A stretch of 64,000 bases of DNA from assembly GCA_963770895.1 (NCBI GenBank), contig CAVYRF010000002.1, positions 2,272,001 to 2,336,000 of the forward strand. The letters run 5' to 3'. The translations under genes and the position numbers were made by a program. Source of the stretch: an uncultured Acidobacteriota bacterium (GTDB lineage: Bacteria > Acidobacteriota > Thermoanaerobaculia > Multivoradales > UBA5704). Of the stretch, positions 20,577 through 31,908 are shown piece after piece. Under the pieces are notes generated by a model, which worked only from the letters and a program-made list of their open reading frames with translations, did not search any database and was not told the origin of the DNA. The first letter of the stretch is position 1. Every line of letters starts with the position of its first letter.

Positions 20577-21920
20577 ATGGCCGATGCCTCTTTCTTCGAC
20601 CGCCAGAGGACTGTCGCTCCGTCCCATTACAACCGTTGGCTGGTGCCCCCGGCCGCGCTGGCGATCCACCTGTCGATCGGACAGGTCTACGCGCTCAGCG
20701 TTTTCAACCTGCCGCTGTCCAAGCTGATCGGCATCAAGGACTCGGCACCCGGCGACTGGTCTCTGACCATGACCGCCTACATTTTCAGCCTGGCCATCGC
20801 GATCCTCGGCCTGTCCGCCGCCGTCTTCGGCAAGTGGCTGGAGCGGGTGGGGCCGCGCCTGGCGATGTTCGTCGCCGCGGCCTGCTTCGGCGGCGGCTTC
20901 ATGGTCGCGGCGCTGGGGGTCTACCTGCACCAGTTCTGGATCGTGATGGGCGGCTACGGGGTGCTCGGCGGCATCGGGCTGGGGCTGGGCTACATCTCGC
21001 CGGTGTCGACCCTGATCAAATGGTTCCCCGACCGGCCGGGCATGGCCACGGGCCTGGCGATCATGGGCTTCGGCGGCGGCGCGATGATCGCCTCGCCGCT
21101 GTCCACCGACCTGATGGCACACTTCAAGACCGCCACCTCGATGGGCGTGTGGGAAACCTTCCTGACGCTCGGGGTGCTCTACTTCGTGTTCATGATGTTC
21201 GGCGTGCTGACGGTGCGGCTGCCGTCGCCGGACTGGAAGCCCTCCGGCGCGCCGCCCGCCCGCCAGGTCGCGGCCGGTGCCAACGTCGAAGTCAACGAAG
21301 CGATGCGCACGCCGCAGTTCTACCTGCTGTGGCTGGTGCTGTGCATGAACGTGAGCGCCGGCATCGGCGTGCTCAGCCAGGCTTCGCCGATGATCCAGGA
21401 AACCGTGGGAGTGAGCGCCGCGGCTGCCGGCGGCTTCGTCGGCCTGCTCAGCCTGACCAACATGATCGGCCGCTTCTTCTGGTCGTCGACTTCCGACTAC
21501 ATCGGCAGGAAGGCAACCTACGCCATCTTCTTCCTGCTCGGCATCGCGCTCTACGTGCTGACGCCGACGCTGGGCCGCAGCGGCAACGTGGCGCTGTTCG
21601 TGCTGGCCTACGCCATCATCCTGAGCATGTACGGCGGCGGCTTCGCCACCATCCCGGCCTATCTGCGCGACAAGTTCGGCACCATGCAGGTCGGCGCCAT
21701 CCACGGCCGCCTGCTGACCGCCTGGTCGGTGGCGGGCGTGCTGGGACCGACGCTCCTCAGCCGCATCCGCGACGAACGCATCAAGCACGGCGTGCCCAAG
21801 GCCGACGCCTACAGCACGACCATGTACATCATGGCCGGCCTGCTGGCGATCGGCTTTATCGCCAACATGTTGGTGACCAAGGTGGATGCAAAGCACCAGT
21901 ACAAAGGAGACGCGCGATGA
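20577..21920 (+). CDS. OFA (oxalate/formate antiporter) family MFS transporter
   Basis: GLGLGYISPVSTLIKWFPDRPGMATGLAIMGFGGG; MYGGGFATIPAYL; HGRLLTAWS. Confidence 0.9.
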   Translation: MADASFFDRQRTVAPSHYNRWLVPPAALAIHLSIGQVYALSVFNLPLSKLIGIKDSAPGDWSLTMTAYIFSLAIAILGLSAAVFGKWLERVGPRLAMFVAAACFGGGFMVAALGVYLHQFWIVMGGYGVLGGIGLGLGYISPVSTLIKWFPDRPGMATGLAIMGFGGGAMIASPLSTDLMAHFKTATSMGVWETFLTLGVLYFVFMMFGVLTVRLPSPDWKPSGAPPARQVAAGANVEVNEAMRTPQFYLLWLVLCMNVSAGIGVLSQASPMIQETVGVSAAAAGGFVGLLSLTNMIGRFFWSSTSDYIGRKATYAIFFLLGIALYVLTPTLGRSGNVALFVLAYAIILSMYGGGFATIPAYLRDKFGTMQVGAIHGRLLTAWSVAGVLGPTLLSRIRDERIKHGVPKADAYSTTMYIMAGLLAIGFIANMLVTKVDAKHQYKGDAR

Positions 21921-22048
21921 CCGACAACCCCTCGCCGGCCAATCCGGCTGAACCGGCCCTGCTGGCCGGCGCCTGGCTGTTCGTCGGCATCCCGCTCGCC
22001 TGGGGCGTCTGGAACGTGTTCGTCAAGGCGCTCGACTTGTTCAAGTAG
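21917..22048 (+). CDS. Small single-TM protein (43 aa) coupled to the OFA MFS
   Basis: ATGA overlap, AGGAG RBS; [43 protein letters not shown]. Confidence 0.75.
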   Translation: MTDNPSPANPAEPALLAGAWLFVGIPLAWGVWNVFVKALDLFK

Positions 22049-22204
22049 CGATCGTCCGGCCCGGCGGCCCCGGCCGGGGTCCTTGTCCTTGCGACCCCGG
22101 CCAGGCGCCGGCGCAGAATCCCCCGCGGCGGCGCAGGCCAGCGATTCTCCCCGCGCCGCTCGCCTCCTCCTTTTCTCCCGGCGCCGCCGGTCGCGTGCTT
22201 CCTC

Positions 22205-22210
22205 TATAAT
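22205..22210 (+). promoter_or_regulatory. Possible sigma70 -10 box for ettA
   Basis: Perfect TATAAT about 55 nt upstream of the ATG in very GC-rich DNA; no clear -35. Confidence 0.4.
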
Positions 22211-22265
22211 CCCGCCCTCCGCCCGCGCCGTCGCGCGGGTCGCACGTCTTGACCCAGGAGTCCGC

Positions 22266-23951
<1,686 letters not shown>

Positions 23952-24073
23952 GAGACTGCCCGCCTGGCGCCGTGTGGTCGGCACGGCGCGCCGTTTCCCG
24001 CTGCAGATTCCATCGGTTTTACTCCTGCGCCCCGTCCTGGGACAGCGCGCGCACGCGTGGCCTGCCCTGTCGC

Positions 24074-24089
24074 TGGCACCGAGGTTGCA
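24074..24089 (+). promoter_or_regulatory. Sigma54 (-24/-12) promoter
   Basis: TGGCAC-CGAGG-TTGCA, exact consensus, 100 nt upstream of ATG 24189. Confidence 0.75.
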
Positions 24090-24188
24090 CAAAGGGAATG
24101 GTGCGCGCGGCGGGCGATGAGAGGTGGTGAGAGAGCGGCCCGAAGCGGCGAAAGTGCAACGGGAATCGTCCCACGAGAGGAGTGCATC

Positions 24189-25346
24189 ATGCAGAAAAAA
24201 ATCCGTCTTCTTTTCCTCAGCCTGCTGGTCGTCGCGGGGATCGCGGCGCTGGCCCAAGGCGCCGGCGGTGCTGGCGGGGCCGGAGCGGCTGGATCGGCCG
24301 GATCGAGCGCCGGCGCCGGCGCGACGGGCACCGGGACAGCGGGAACCACGGCCACCGGTACCACAGGAATCACGAACGGCAGCACATCCGGCACGACAAG
24401 CACGACAAACGGCACCGGCACGACCGATGGGACGGCGACCGGGACCGGCATGAACGACAGCACCGGTAGCGCCACGACGCAGACCGGGACCGGCTCGACC
24501 GATGCCAACGGCGTGGCGACCGGCAGCTCCACCACCGGCACGACCCCGACCAACAACGCTACCGGCACGGCCAACGGCAACGGCACCTCGACCTACTCGA
24601 ACGACGGCACGACGCCCACCAACGGTACGGGTTCGGTCGGTTCGGCCAACGCCAATGGCACCATGACCTACTCCAACGACGGCACGGCGCCCACCAACAA
24701 CGGCACCATGACCAACCCCAATCCCGCGGGCGGCGGCGCTGCCGGCAGCGGCACCGTCAACGGCACCATGGGCACCACGGCGACCGATGGCACGGCCACC
24801 GGCACCGGCACGACCGGCACCTACAGCACCGGCTCGACCGTCAACGGTACCGCCACCACGACCGGCGGCGGCCTGGCCGGCAGCGGCGCCACCAACGGCA
24901 CGACGGACGGTACGGCGACCGGCACCGGCACGACCACCGGTACCTACGGCACCAATAACACCGGCGGCAACATCGGCAGCGGCTCCATGAACACCAACCC
25001 CGCCGGCGGCGGCGGTACCGGCACCACCACCGACGGTGGCGCGGCCGGGACGACCAACTACAACGCCAACACCGGCACCTATGGCGCCACCGGCACGACC
25101 GGCACCAACAGCGGCGTCGCCGCGGGCACCGGCACCACCGACGGCACGGTGAACAACCCGGCGGGCGGCGGCGGCTCGATCGACACCAGCACGACCGGCA
25201 ACACCGGCAGCGTCAACGGCACCGACCCCGGCGCGCTGCCGCGCACGGCGAGCAATATGCCGCTGCTTGGCCTGTTGGGCCTGCTGGCGGTGAGCGCTGC
25301 CTTCCTGCTGCGCGTCTATGCGCGGCGCGATGCCGTCAGGGCCTGA
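24189..25346 (+). CDS. Gly/Thr/Asn-rich secreted sortase substrate (LPRTA sorting signal)
   Basis: Signal peptide; low-complexity body; C-terminal LPRTAS + hydrophobic helix + basic tail; GAGGAG RBS. Confidence 0.85.
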   Translation: MQKKIRLLFLSLLVVAGIAALAQGAGGAGGAGAAGSAGSSAGAGATGTGTAGTTATGTTGITNGSTSGTTSTTNGTGTTDGTATGTGMNDSTGSATTQTGTGSTDANGVATGSSTTGTTPTNNATGTANGNGTSTYSNDGTTPTNGTGSVGSANANGTMTYSNDGTAPTNNGTMTNPNPAGGGAAGSGTVNGTMGTTATDGTATGTGTTGTYSTGSTVNGTATTTGGGLAGSGATNGTTDGTATGTGTTTGTYGTNNTGGNIGSGSMNTNPAGGGGTGTTTDGGAAGTTNYNANTGTYGATGTTGTNSGVAAGTGTTDGTVNNPAGGGGSIDTSTTGNTGSVNGTDPGALPRTASNMPLLGLLGLLAVSAAFLLRVYARRDAVRA

Positions 25347-25358
25347 GGCCTGACGCCC

Positions 25359-26336
25359 TTGCAGCTCTCGGCGAAAATCGCGAGCTGGCGCCGGACGATC
25401 CGGCGCCAGTTTGCGTTTGAGCGGCCGGACGGCGGCGATGGGCCGCGCCCGCCGGCCGGCTCCGGCATGGCCCGGTACGTGGAGAGCGCTCTGGTGCAGC
25501 TACAAGCCCTGAAGACATGGCTTCTCGCGCGGGTCCAACGGGTCCAAGGCGCGGCGGCAGGGGATCGCCAGGCGAACGCCCTGCGCTGGGCGGAGCGGTC
25601 GCTGTGGGCGATCGGCGCGCTCTGCCTGGGCGTGGTCGCCTACGCGATGATCGACGCGCGCTGGTTTTCGTACGTGCAGAGCCGGCGCCTGGACCAGGCG
25701 CTGGCGGCGCGGCAGGCCGCCGGACCGGGGGCCGATGGCGCGCCTGGAGCCGATGGGGCATCCGCCGGCGCCGGCAGCGCTGCGGCCGCGGCAGGGCCGG
25801 CTACCAACGGTGAGGCGGCGCCAGCCAGCGGCGCCGACAACCTGAGCGGCTTCCTGCCCACCACGCCGCCGCCCCTGGCGCCGCAGGAGCCGGACGAAGG
25901 CTCTCTCATCGGCCGCATCCAGGTGCCGCGCCTGGGTCTGTCGGAGCTGGTGCTGCAGGGCGTTTCGACGACCACCCTGCGCCGCGGCGTGGGGCACATC
26001 CCCGAAACCGCGCTGCCCGGCGGCCAGAGCGGCAACGTCGGTCTGGCGGGACACCGCGATACCGTGTTCACGCAGCTCAAGGGCATCCGCAAGGACGACG
26101 TGATCAGCCTGGAGACGATGTATGGCACGTCCCGCTACGCGGTGGACTGGACCCGCATCGTGCAGCCTCAGGAAGTGGCCGTGCTGGCGCCCGATCCCGG
26201 CCATGCCGAGCTGACGCTGGTCACCTGCTATCCCTTCCATTACATCGGCTCGGCGCCGCAGCGCTTCATCGTGCGCGCCCATCGCCTGGACGGCGACGCC
26301 CTGGCGGCGAGTGGCCTGTATCAGAGGAATCGGTAG
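25359..26336 (+). CDS. Class D sortase
   Basis: TM anchor; GVGH, AGHRDT, LTLVTCYPF, RFIVRA; true start may be further downstream. Confidence 0.9.
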   Translation: MQLSAKIASWRRTIRRQFAFERPDGGDGPRPPAGSGMARYVESALVQLQALKTWLLARVQRVQGAAAGDRQANALRWAERSLWAIGALCLGVVAYAMIDARWFSYVQSRRLDQALAARQAAGPGADGAPGADGASAGAGSAAAAAGPATNGEAAPASGADNLSGFLPTTPPPLAPQEPDEGSLIGRIQVPRLGLSELVLQGVSTTTLRRGVGHIPETALPGGQSGNVGLAGHRDTVFTQLKGIRKDDVISLETMYGTSRYAVDWTRIVQPQEVAVLAPDPGHAELTLVTCYPFHYIGSAPQRFIVRAHRLDGDALAASGLYQRNR

Positions 26337-26473
26337 TGGCTGGCGCCGCCATTCGGCGGCGCGGGCCAGGCGCGCCGACGCAGGCATAGTCGAACCTATG
26401 TCGAGGAGGCGCAACGCAGCCCCCGCCGTCGAGGGCAAGCCAGGCGCTAGCGATTCCTCTGATACAGGCCACT
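26310..26473. mobile_element. About 164-bp MITE/REP-like element with 23-bp perfect terminal inverted repeats
   Basis: AGTGGCCTGTATCAGAGGAATCG (26310-26332) and its reverse complement CGATTCCTCTGATACAGGCCACT (26451-26473). Confidence 0.7.
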
Positions 26474-26578
26474 ACTAGTCAGCAGACCCAGCCCTGAACC
26501 GCCCCGCCCCGGCAGTGGGCGCCGCGTCGGCTTGCGGCGGCGGGTCCGGCGGTGACCTGGTGGTGCCTTGTGTTCCAG

Positions 26579-29185
26579 CTAGCCGGTGGTGGCGCTGGAT
26601 GTGGCCGCGGCGGCGGTGCTGGACGTTGCGCTGACGCCGGCGGCGGCCGGGGGGAGGCCTTCGGGCGCCAGGGGCAGCCAGATCACGAACTCGCTGCCGC
26701 TCCCCGGGCCGTCGCTGTGCACGGCGACGCCGCCGCCGTGCAGCTCGACCAGGCTGCGCACCAGGGTGAGGCCGATGCCCAGACCGCCGACCGAGCGGTC
26801 GAGGCCCTGCTGGCCCTGGGCGAAGAGGTCGAACACCCGCGGCAGCAGCTCGCCCGAGATCCCCACGCCGCTGTCGCGCACGCGCACCACGGCGCGGTCG
26901 GCCTGCACCTCGGCCGTCAGGTCGACCCGGCCTCCCGGCTCGGTGAACTTGATGGCGTTGTGCACCAGGTTGGCCAGGACCTGCTCGATGCGGGTGGAGT
27001 CCGCCACCACCGGCGCCGGGCCGGGCACCGAGACGCCCAGCTCGATGTGGCGGGTGTCGGCCAACGGGCGCGTCGTTTCCGCCACCTGCGCGATGACGTC
27101 GCCCAGGTCGAGCGGCGCGGTCTTCAGCTCCACCTTGCCCAGGGTGATGCGCGAGACGTCGAGCAGGTCGTCCACCAGCCGCCCCAGGTGACGGGTCTGG
27201 CGCTGAATCGTCGCCACCGATCGCCCGGCCGCCGCTTCGCTCGACCTGCCGGTGGCGAGGATGTACGCCGCGGTCGAGATGGCGCCGAGCGGGTTGCGCA
27301 GCTCGTGCGCCAGCATGGCTAGAAACTCGTCCTTGCGCCGGTCGGTTTCCGCCAGCGTGCGGGCACGGGTGAGCAGCTCGGCGGCCAGGCGTTCGCTTTC
27401 GGCGGTGCGGGTCGCCAGGCGGTCGCGCAGCTCGTGGAAGGCCGCCGACAGCCGCTTCACCTCGCCGATGTCGCTGCGTTCGAGCGGCGCCCAGGGATTG
27501 CCGGCGGTCAGCTCGTCCACCGCATCGGCCAGCGTGTCGAGCGGCCTGGTGATGCGGCGGGCGCTCAGGATGCCGCCGGCGATCGCCAGCGGCAGCACCA
27601 GCAGCAGCAGGGCGAACGCCAGGTCGCGCCCGCGGTTGACGCCGGCCAGGGCCGAATCGCTGGCGCGCTCGACCGCCACCATCCAGGGCAGGCCGGGGAC
27701 CCGCTCGACCGCCAGCAACCGGTCGTCACGGCTGGGCGGCGCGCCCACCTGCCGCCCCGGCGGCCGGCCCGCCGGCGCCGACCCGTCGCCGGACCAGGGA
27801 TCCCCCGCCGGCGCCCCCCCGTCGCTGCGCATGGCGATGTGGATGCCGCTGCCGTCGGTCAACGAGACGGTGGAGCCTTCCCGCAGGATGCGCCCTTCGA
27901 GCAGGCGCGCGTCGAACGCCATCACCAGGGCGGCGGCCAGGCGCCCGCCGTCCGCCAGCACCGGCGCCACCTCCAGCAGCAGCAGCCGGTTGCTGACCCG
28001 ATCGATCGCCAGCTGGACGGCGATCTTTTGCGGGTTGGCCAGGGCGGCCAGCGAGCGCAGGGTATTGCTGCCCAGCGTGGCGCCGCCGTCCGTGGCGATG
28101 GGCTGCCCGGACAGGTCGAGCAGCAGCAGGCCGCTGACTTCGCGATAGGAGCCGCTGCTGGTCGCCAGAAGCGGGCCTTGCGCCTGGGCGGTCAGCGGCA
28201 GGCGGCTGGCCAGGGCGGCGACGGCAAAGGCGCGGGTGCCGTTCAGATCCAGATAGTCGCGCACGTTTTGCGCCACCGACCGGGCCTCGACCTTGAGCGT
28301 GTCCGTCGCCTGGTCGCTGGCCAGGCTGGCTTCCTGGGCGGTCGACACCGCGACGGCGGCCACCAGCGCCAGCGACGTGGCGACCGCCAGGGCCAGCGCC
28401 AGCCGGGCGCGCAGCGCCGACAGGTCGATGCCGGTGGACCATTCGCGCAGCCAGGGGAGCATGGCGACGGCGGTGCCGATACCCCAATAGAAGGCGATGC
28501 CGGTCCAGCTCACGCGCGGGTTGACCGCGGCGACGCCGCGCACGATCAGGGCGGCGCCGGCGGCCAGGTGCACGGCGCGGGTGAGGCGCCACGAGGCGGG
28601 TCGCAGCTGGACGTAGCAGAGGGCCGGCCCGCTCAGCAGCAGGGCCAGGCCGGCCAGCTCGACAAAGCCGGGATGGGTACCGCCGAACAGCTGGTAGCGC
28701 AACCGGCCCGGAACCAGCAGCTGCACGGCGCCGAGCAGGGTGGCGATGGCGCCCATCACCAGCGCCAGCAGGTCGCCGCCGCGGTGCGCCCGCGCCCCGG
28801 CCGCCATCAGGATGCCGACGCCCAGCGCCGCGTAGGAGATCGTGCCGTTCCAGCCGCCGCTGCGCGACAGGCCGAGCGAAAGGGTGAGCAGCACCAGGCC
28901 GGCCAGGCCGTGTGCCGCCAGGTGCAGGGCGCGCCGCACGCGCAGCACCGCCACGAACAGCAGGGCGACCCCGGCGGCCAGCGCCACGATCGCCCAGGCG
29001 GTCATATACCCGCGCACCGGCGCGAAGGTCGGCCCGGAGAACTGGTCCGGCGCCACCAGCATGAAGGCGCCGATGAAGGCGCAGTAGAGCGCTACGGCCC
29101 AGCGCAAGCTGGTGCCCGAGAGCGCCAGCGGGCCGCCGTTGCCGTCACGGAGTCGCTGCTGCTGTGAGGGTTGCAAGGCGTGCAT
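26579..29185 (-). CDS. Membrane sensor histidine kinase (multi-TM, extracytoplasmic domain, HAMP, HisKA, HATPase)
   Basis: FLAMLAHELRNPL, QVLANLVHNAIKFT, DSGVGI, GGLGIGL; start uncertain. Confidence 0.9.
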   Translation of the reverse strand: MHALQPSQQQRLRDGNGGPLALSGTSLRWAVALYCAFIGAFMLVAPDQFSGPTFAPVRGYMTAWAIVALAAGVALLFVAVLRVRRALHLAAHGLAGLVLLTLSLGLSRSGGWNGTISYAALGVGILMAAGARAHRGGDLLALVMGAIATLLGAVQLLVPGRLRYQLFGGTHPGFVELAGLALLLSGPALCYVQLRPASWRLTRAVHLAAGAALIVRGVAAVNPRVSWTGIAFYWGIGTAVAMLPWLREWSTGIDLSALRARLALALAVATSLALVAAVAVSTAQEASLASDQATDTLKVEARSVAQNVRDYLDLNGTRAFAVAALASRLPLTAQAQGPLLATSSGSYREVSGLLLLDLSGQPIATDGGATLGSNTLRSLAALANPQKIAVQLAIDRVSNRLLLLEVAPVLADGGRLAAALVMAFDARLLEGRILREGSTVSLTDGSGIHIAMRSDGGAPAGDPWSGDGSAPAGRPPGRQVGAPPSRDDRLLAVERVPGLPWMVAVERASDSALAGVNRGRDLAFALLLLVLPLAIAGGILSARRITRPLDTLADAVDELTAGNPWAPLERSDIGEVKRLSAAFHELRDRLATRTAESERLAAELLTRARTLAETDRRKDEFLAMLAHELRNPLGAISTAAYILATGRSSEAAAGRSVATIQRQTRHLGRLVDDLLDVSRITLGKVELKTAPLDLGDVIAQVAETTRPLADTRHIELGVSVPGPAPVVADSTRIEQVLANLVHNAIKFTEPGGRVDLTAEVQADRAVVRVRDSGVGISGELLPRVFDLFAQGQQGLDRSVGGLGIGLTLVRSLVELHGGGVAVHSDGPGSGSEFVIWLPLAPEGLPPAAAGVSATSSTAAAATSSATTG

Positions 29186-29372
29186 GGTACGCGCAAGGCA
29201 GCGGACCGCGCTCCCGGTGCAGCCGCTCCCCAGATAAGAATACCGGATATGCAACCTGGAGCGGCCGGCCGCGTTATATTGACCCAGAGGAACGACCCCT
29301 TCAGAACCGTTGTGTCCACCACGCGTCCCCGGCCGTGAGGCCGACTCGGCCGGGACCGGCAAGGAGAGACCC

Positions 29373-31760
29373 ATGCCCGCACCCTTGAACCGCCGCTCTG
29401 ATCGCCGCCGTCGTTCGCCGGGCTCGCCGGGCGCACCGGGCGCGCCGGGGGCTACCGCACGGCTCGCGCCGCTCGCCCTGGCCGTCGTGCTGGGCGCTTC
29501 GCTCGCCGGCGCCGCCGCCCAGGCGCCGCCGCCGGCGTCCGCACCCCTGCTCGGCTTCACCGCGGCCCATGCCGTGGCGGAGCGTTCCCTGGAAGCGCGC
29601 TTCGACGCTTCGCTGCGCAAGGAAGACATGGGGCCCTGGCTCAAGCGGCTGTCGGCGCGGCCGCATCACCTCGGATCGCCGTACGACAAGGACAACGCGG
29701 AGTGGCTGGCCGGCATGTTCCGTTCGTGGGGCTACGACACGCACATCGAGGAGTTCCGGGTGCTGTTCCCGACTCCCAAGGAGCGGGTGCTGGAGATGGT
29801 CCAGCCCACCCGGTTCGTCGCCGCGCTGCGCGAGCCGCCGCTGGCCGCCGATTCGACGTCCGGCCAGACCGCCGAGCAGCTGCCGCCGTTCAATGCGTAC
29901 TCGATCGACGGCGACGTCACCGCCGACCTGGTGTACGTCAACTTCGGCGTGCCCAAGGACTACGAAGAGCTCGAGCGGCGCGGCATCGACGTCAAGGGCA
30001 AGATCGTCATCGCGCGGTATTACGGTTCGTGGCGCGGCATCAAACCGAAGGTGGCGGCCGAGCACGGCGCCATCGGTTGCATCATCTATTCCGATCCGCA
30101 CGAAGACGGCTACTTCCAGGGCGACGTCTATCCCAAGGGCGGGCTGCGCAACGAAAACAGCGTGCAGCGCGGCTCGGTCGCCGACATGCCGGTCTATCCG
30201 GGCGATCCGCTGACTCCCGGCGTCGGCGCCACCGCCGATGCCAAGCGGCTGGACATCAAGGACGCCAAGACCATCACCAAGATCCCGGTGCTGCCGATCT
30301 CCTACGGCGACGCCCAGCCGCTGCTGCGCGCGCTGGCCGGCCCGATGGCTCCCGCCGCGTGGCGCGGCGCGCTGCCGTTCCCGTATCACCTGGGACCCGG
30401 CCCGACGCGGGTGCATCTCAAGCTGGTGTTCGACTGGCGCCTGGTGCCGGCGTACGACGTGATCGCCCGCATGGCCGGCAGCGACTACCCGAACGAGTGG
30501 GTCATCCGCGGCAACCACCAGGACGGTTGGGTCAACGGCGCCACCGACCCGCTGTCCGGCCTGGTTTCGGAGCTGGAAGAAGCGCGGGCCGTCGCGGACC
30601 TGGTCAAGGGCGGCTGGCACCCGCGCCGCACCCTGATCTATTGCGCCTGGGACGGCGAAGAAGAAGGGCTGCTGGGCTCGACCGAATGGGCGGAGACGCA
30701 CGCCGACGAGCTGCAACGGAAGGCGGTGATCTATATCAATTCCGACACCAACGAGCGCGGCTACCTGGAGGCCGGCGGCTCGCACTCGCTGGAAAAGCTG
30801 ATGGGTCAGGTGGCCCGCGACGTGATCGACCCGGAGACGCACCTCAGCCTGGCCGAGCGGCGGCGGGCGGCCGAATGGGTGACCGGCGGCGCTCCCGAAC
30901 ACAAATTGGCCAAGAGCGGCGAGATGCGCATCTCAGCCCTGGGCTCGGGCTCCGACTACAGCCCGTTCCTGCAGCACCTGGGCATCGCATCGCTCAACCT
31001 GGGCTTCGGCGGCGAGGGCCAGTACGGGCAATACCACTCGATTTACGACTCCTACGATCACTTCATGCGCTTCATGGATCCCACCCTGCAATACGGCGTG
31101 GCGCTCGCTTCGACGGCGGGCAGGGTGGTGCTGCGGATGGCCGGCGCCGACGTGCTGCCGTACGATTTCCAGCACCTCTCCGACACCGTCGGCCGCTACA
31201 TCAAGGAAGTTTCGGAGCTGGCGGACACGCAGCGTGAAGAGACGGCCGACCGCAACCAGGCCATCGAAAAGAAGTACTACGAGGCGAGCGTCGATCCGAC
31301 CGAGAAGTGGGTGACGCCCAAGCCGCAGGACCCGGTGCCGCACTTCAACTTTGCGCCGCTCGAAAACGCCCGCGACCGCCTGCAGCAGAGCGCGCAGGCC
31401 TACCAGGCGGCGCTGGAGCAGGCCGGTCCGGGGGCCGCGGGACTTTCCAGCGACGCCCATGGCCAGCTCGACCAGGTGCTGCTCAAGAGCGAGCGGGCCC
31501 TGCTGGGCGGCGGGCTGCCGCGCCGCCCGTGGTACATGCACCAGATCTACGCGCCGGGCTTTTACACCGGCTACGGCGTCAAGACCCTGCCCGGCGTCCG
31601 CGAAGGCATCGAAGAGCGCCACTGGCAGGAGGTCGACGAGCAGGTGAACGCCACCGCCAAGGCGCTCGACGCCCTGGCCGCCGACGTCGACAACGCCACG
31701 GCAATCCTCAAGTCCGCCGCCGCCCCCGCCGCCGGCGCATCCGCGACCCCGGCGCCCTAA
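29373..31760 (+). CDS. M28 glutamate carboxypeptidase II-like peptidase (PA and TfR-dimer domains)
   Basis: Signal peptide; RGNHQDGW, GATDP, WDGEEEGLLGSTEW, GSGSDY, YHSIYD. Confidence 0.9.
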   Translation: MPAPLNRRSDRRRRSPGSPGAPGAPGATARLAPLALAVVLGASLAGAAAQAPPPASAPLLGFTAAHAVAERSLEARFDASLRKEDMGPWLKRLSARPHHLGSPYDKDNAEWLAGMFRSWGYDTHIEEFRVLFPTPKERVLEMVQPTRFVAALREPPLAADSTSGQTAEQLPPFNAYSIDGDVTADLVYVNFGVPKDYEELERRGIDVKGKIVIARYYGSWRGIKPKVAAEHGAIGCIIYSDPHEDGYFQGDVYPKGGLRNENSVQRGSVADMPVYPGDPLTPGVGATADAKRLDIKDAKTITKIPVLPISYGDAQPLLRALAGPMAPAAWRGALPFPYHLGPGPTRVHLKLVFDWRLVPAYDVIARMAGSDYPNEWVIRGNHQDGWVNGATDPLSGLVSELEEARAVADLVKGGWHPRRTLIYCAWDGEEEGLLGSTEWAETHADELQRKAVIYINSDTNERGYLEAGGSHSLEKLMGQVARDVIDPETHLSLAERRRAAEWVTGGAPEHKLAKSGEMRISALGSGSDYSPFLQHLGIASLNLGFGGEGQYGQYHSIYDSYDHFMRFMDPTLQYGVALASTAGRVVLRMAGADVLPYDFQHLSDTVGRYIKEVSELADTQREETADRNQAIEKKYYEASVDPTEKWVTPKPQDPVPHFNFAPLENARDRLQQSAQAYQAALEQAGPGAAGLSSDAHGQLDQVLLKSERALLGGGLPRRPWYMHQIYAPGFYTGYGVKTLPGVREGIEERHWQEVDEQVNATAKALDALAADVDNATAILKSAAAPAAGASATPAP

Positions 31761-31804
31761 GCCCGCCCGGCGCTGCCGCGACCGGCGACCCGCCGCCCGC
31801 CGCC

Positions 31805-31860
31805 GCCAACCTGCCCATCCGCCGATCCATGGCGGACGGTCGGTCGGCGGGCGGGTTGGC
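31805..31860. terminator. GC-rich hairpin between convergent genes
   Basis: GCCAACCTGCCC/GGGCGGGTTGGC outer stem plus TCCGCC/GGCGGA inner stem; no U-tract. Confidence 0.35.
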
Positions 31861-31908
31861 ATGCCGAGCGCTTCCGGCCGGCGGCGGGGCAGGCGGTGCG
31901 GCGCTGAT

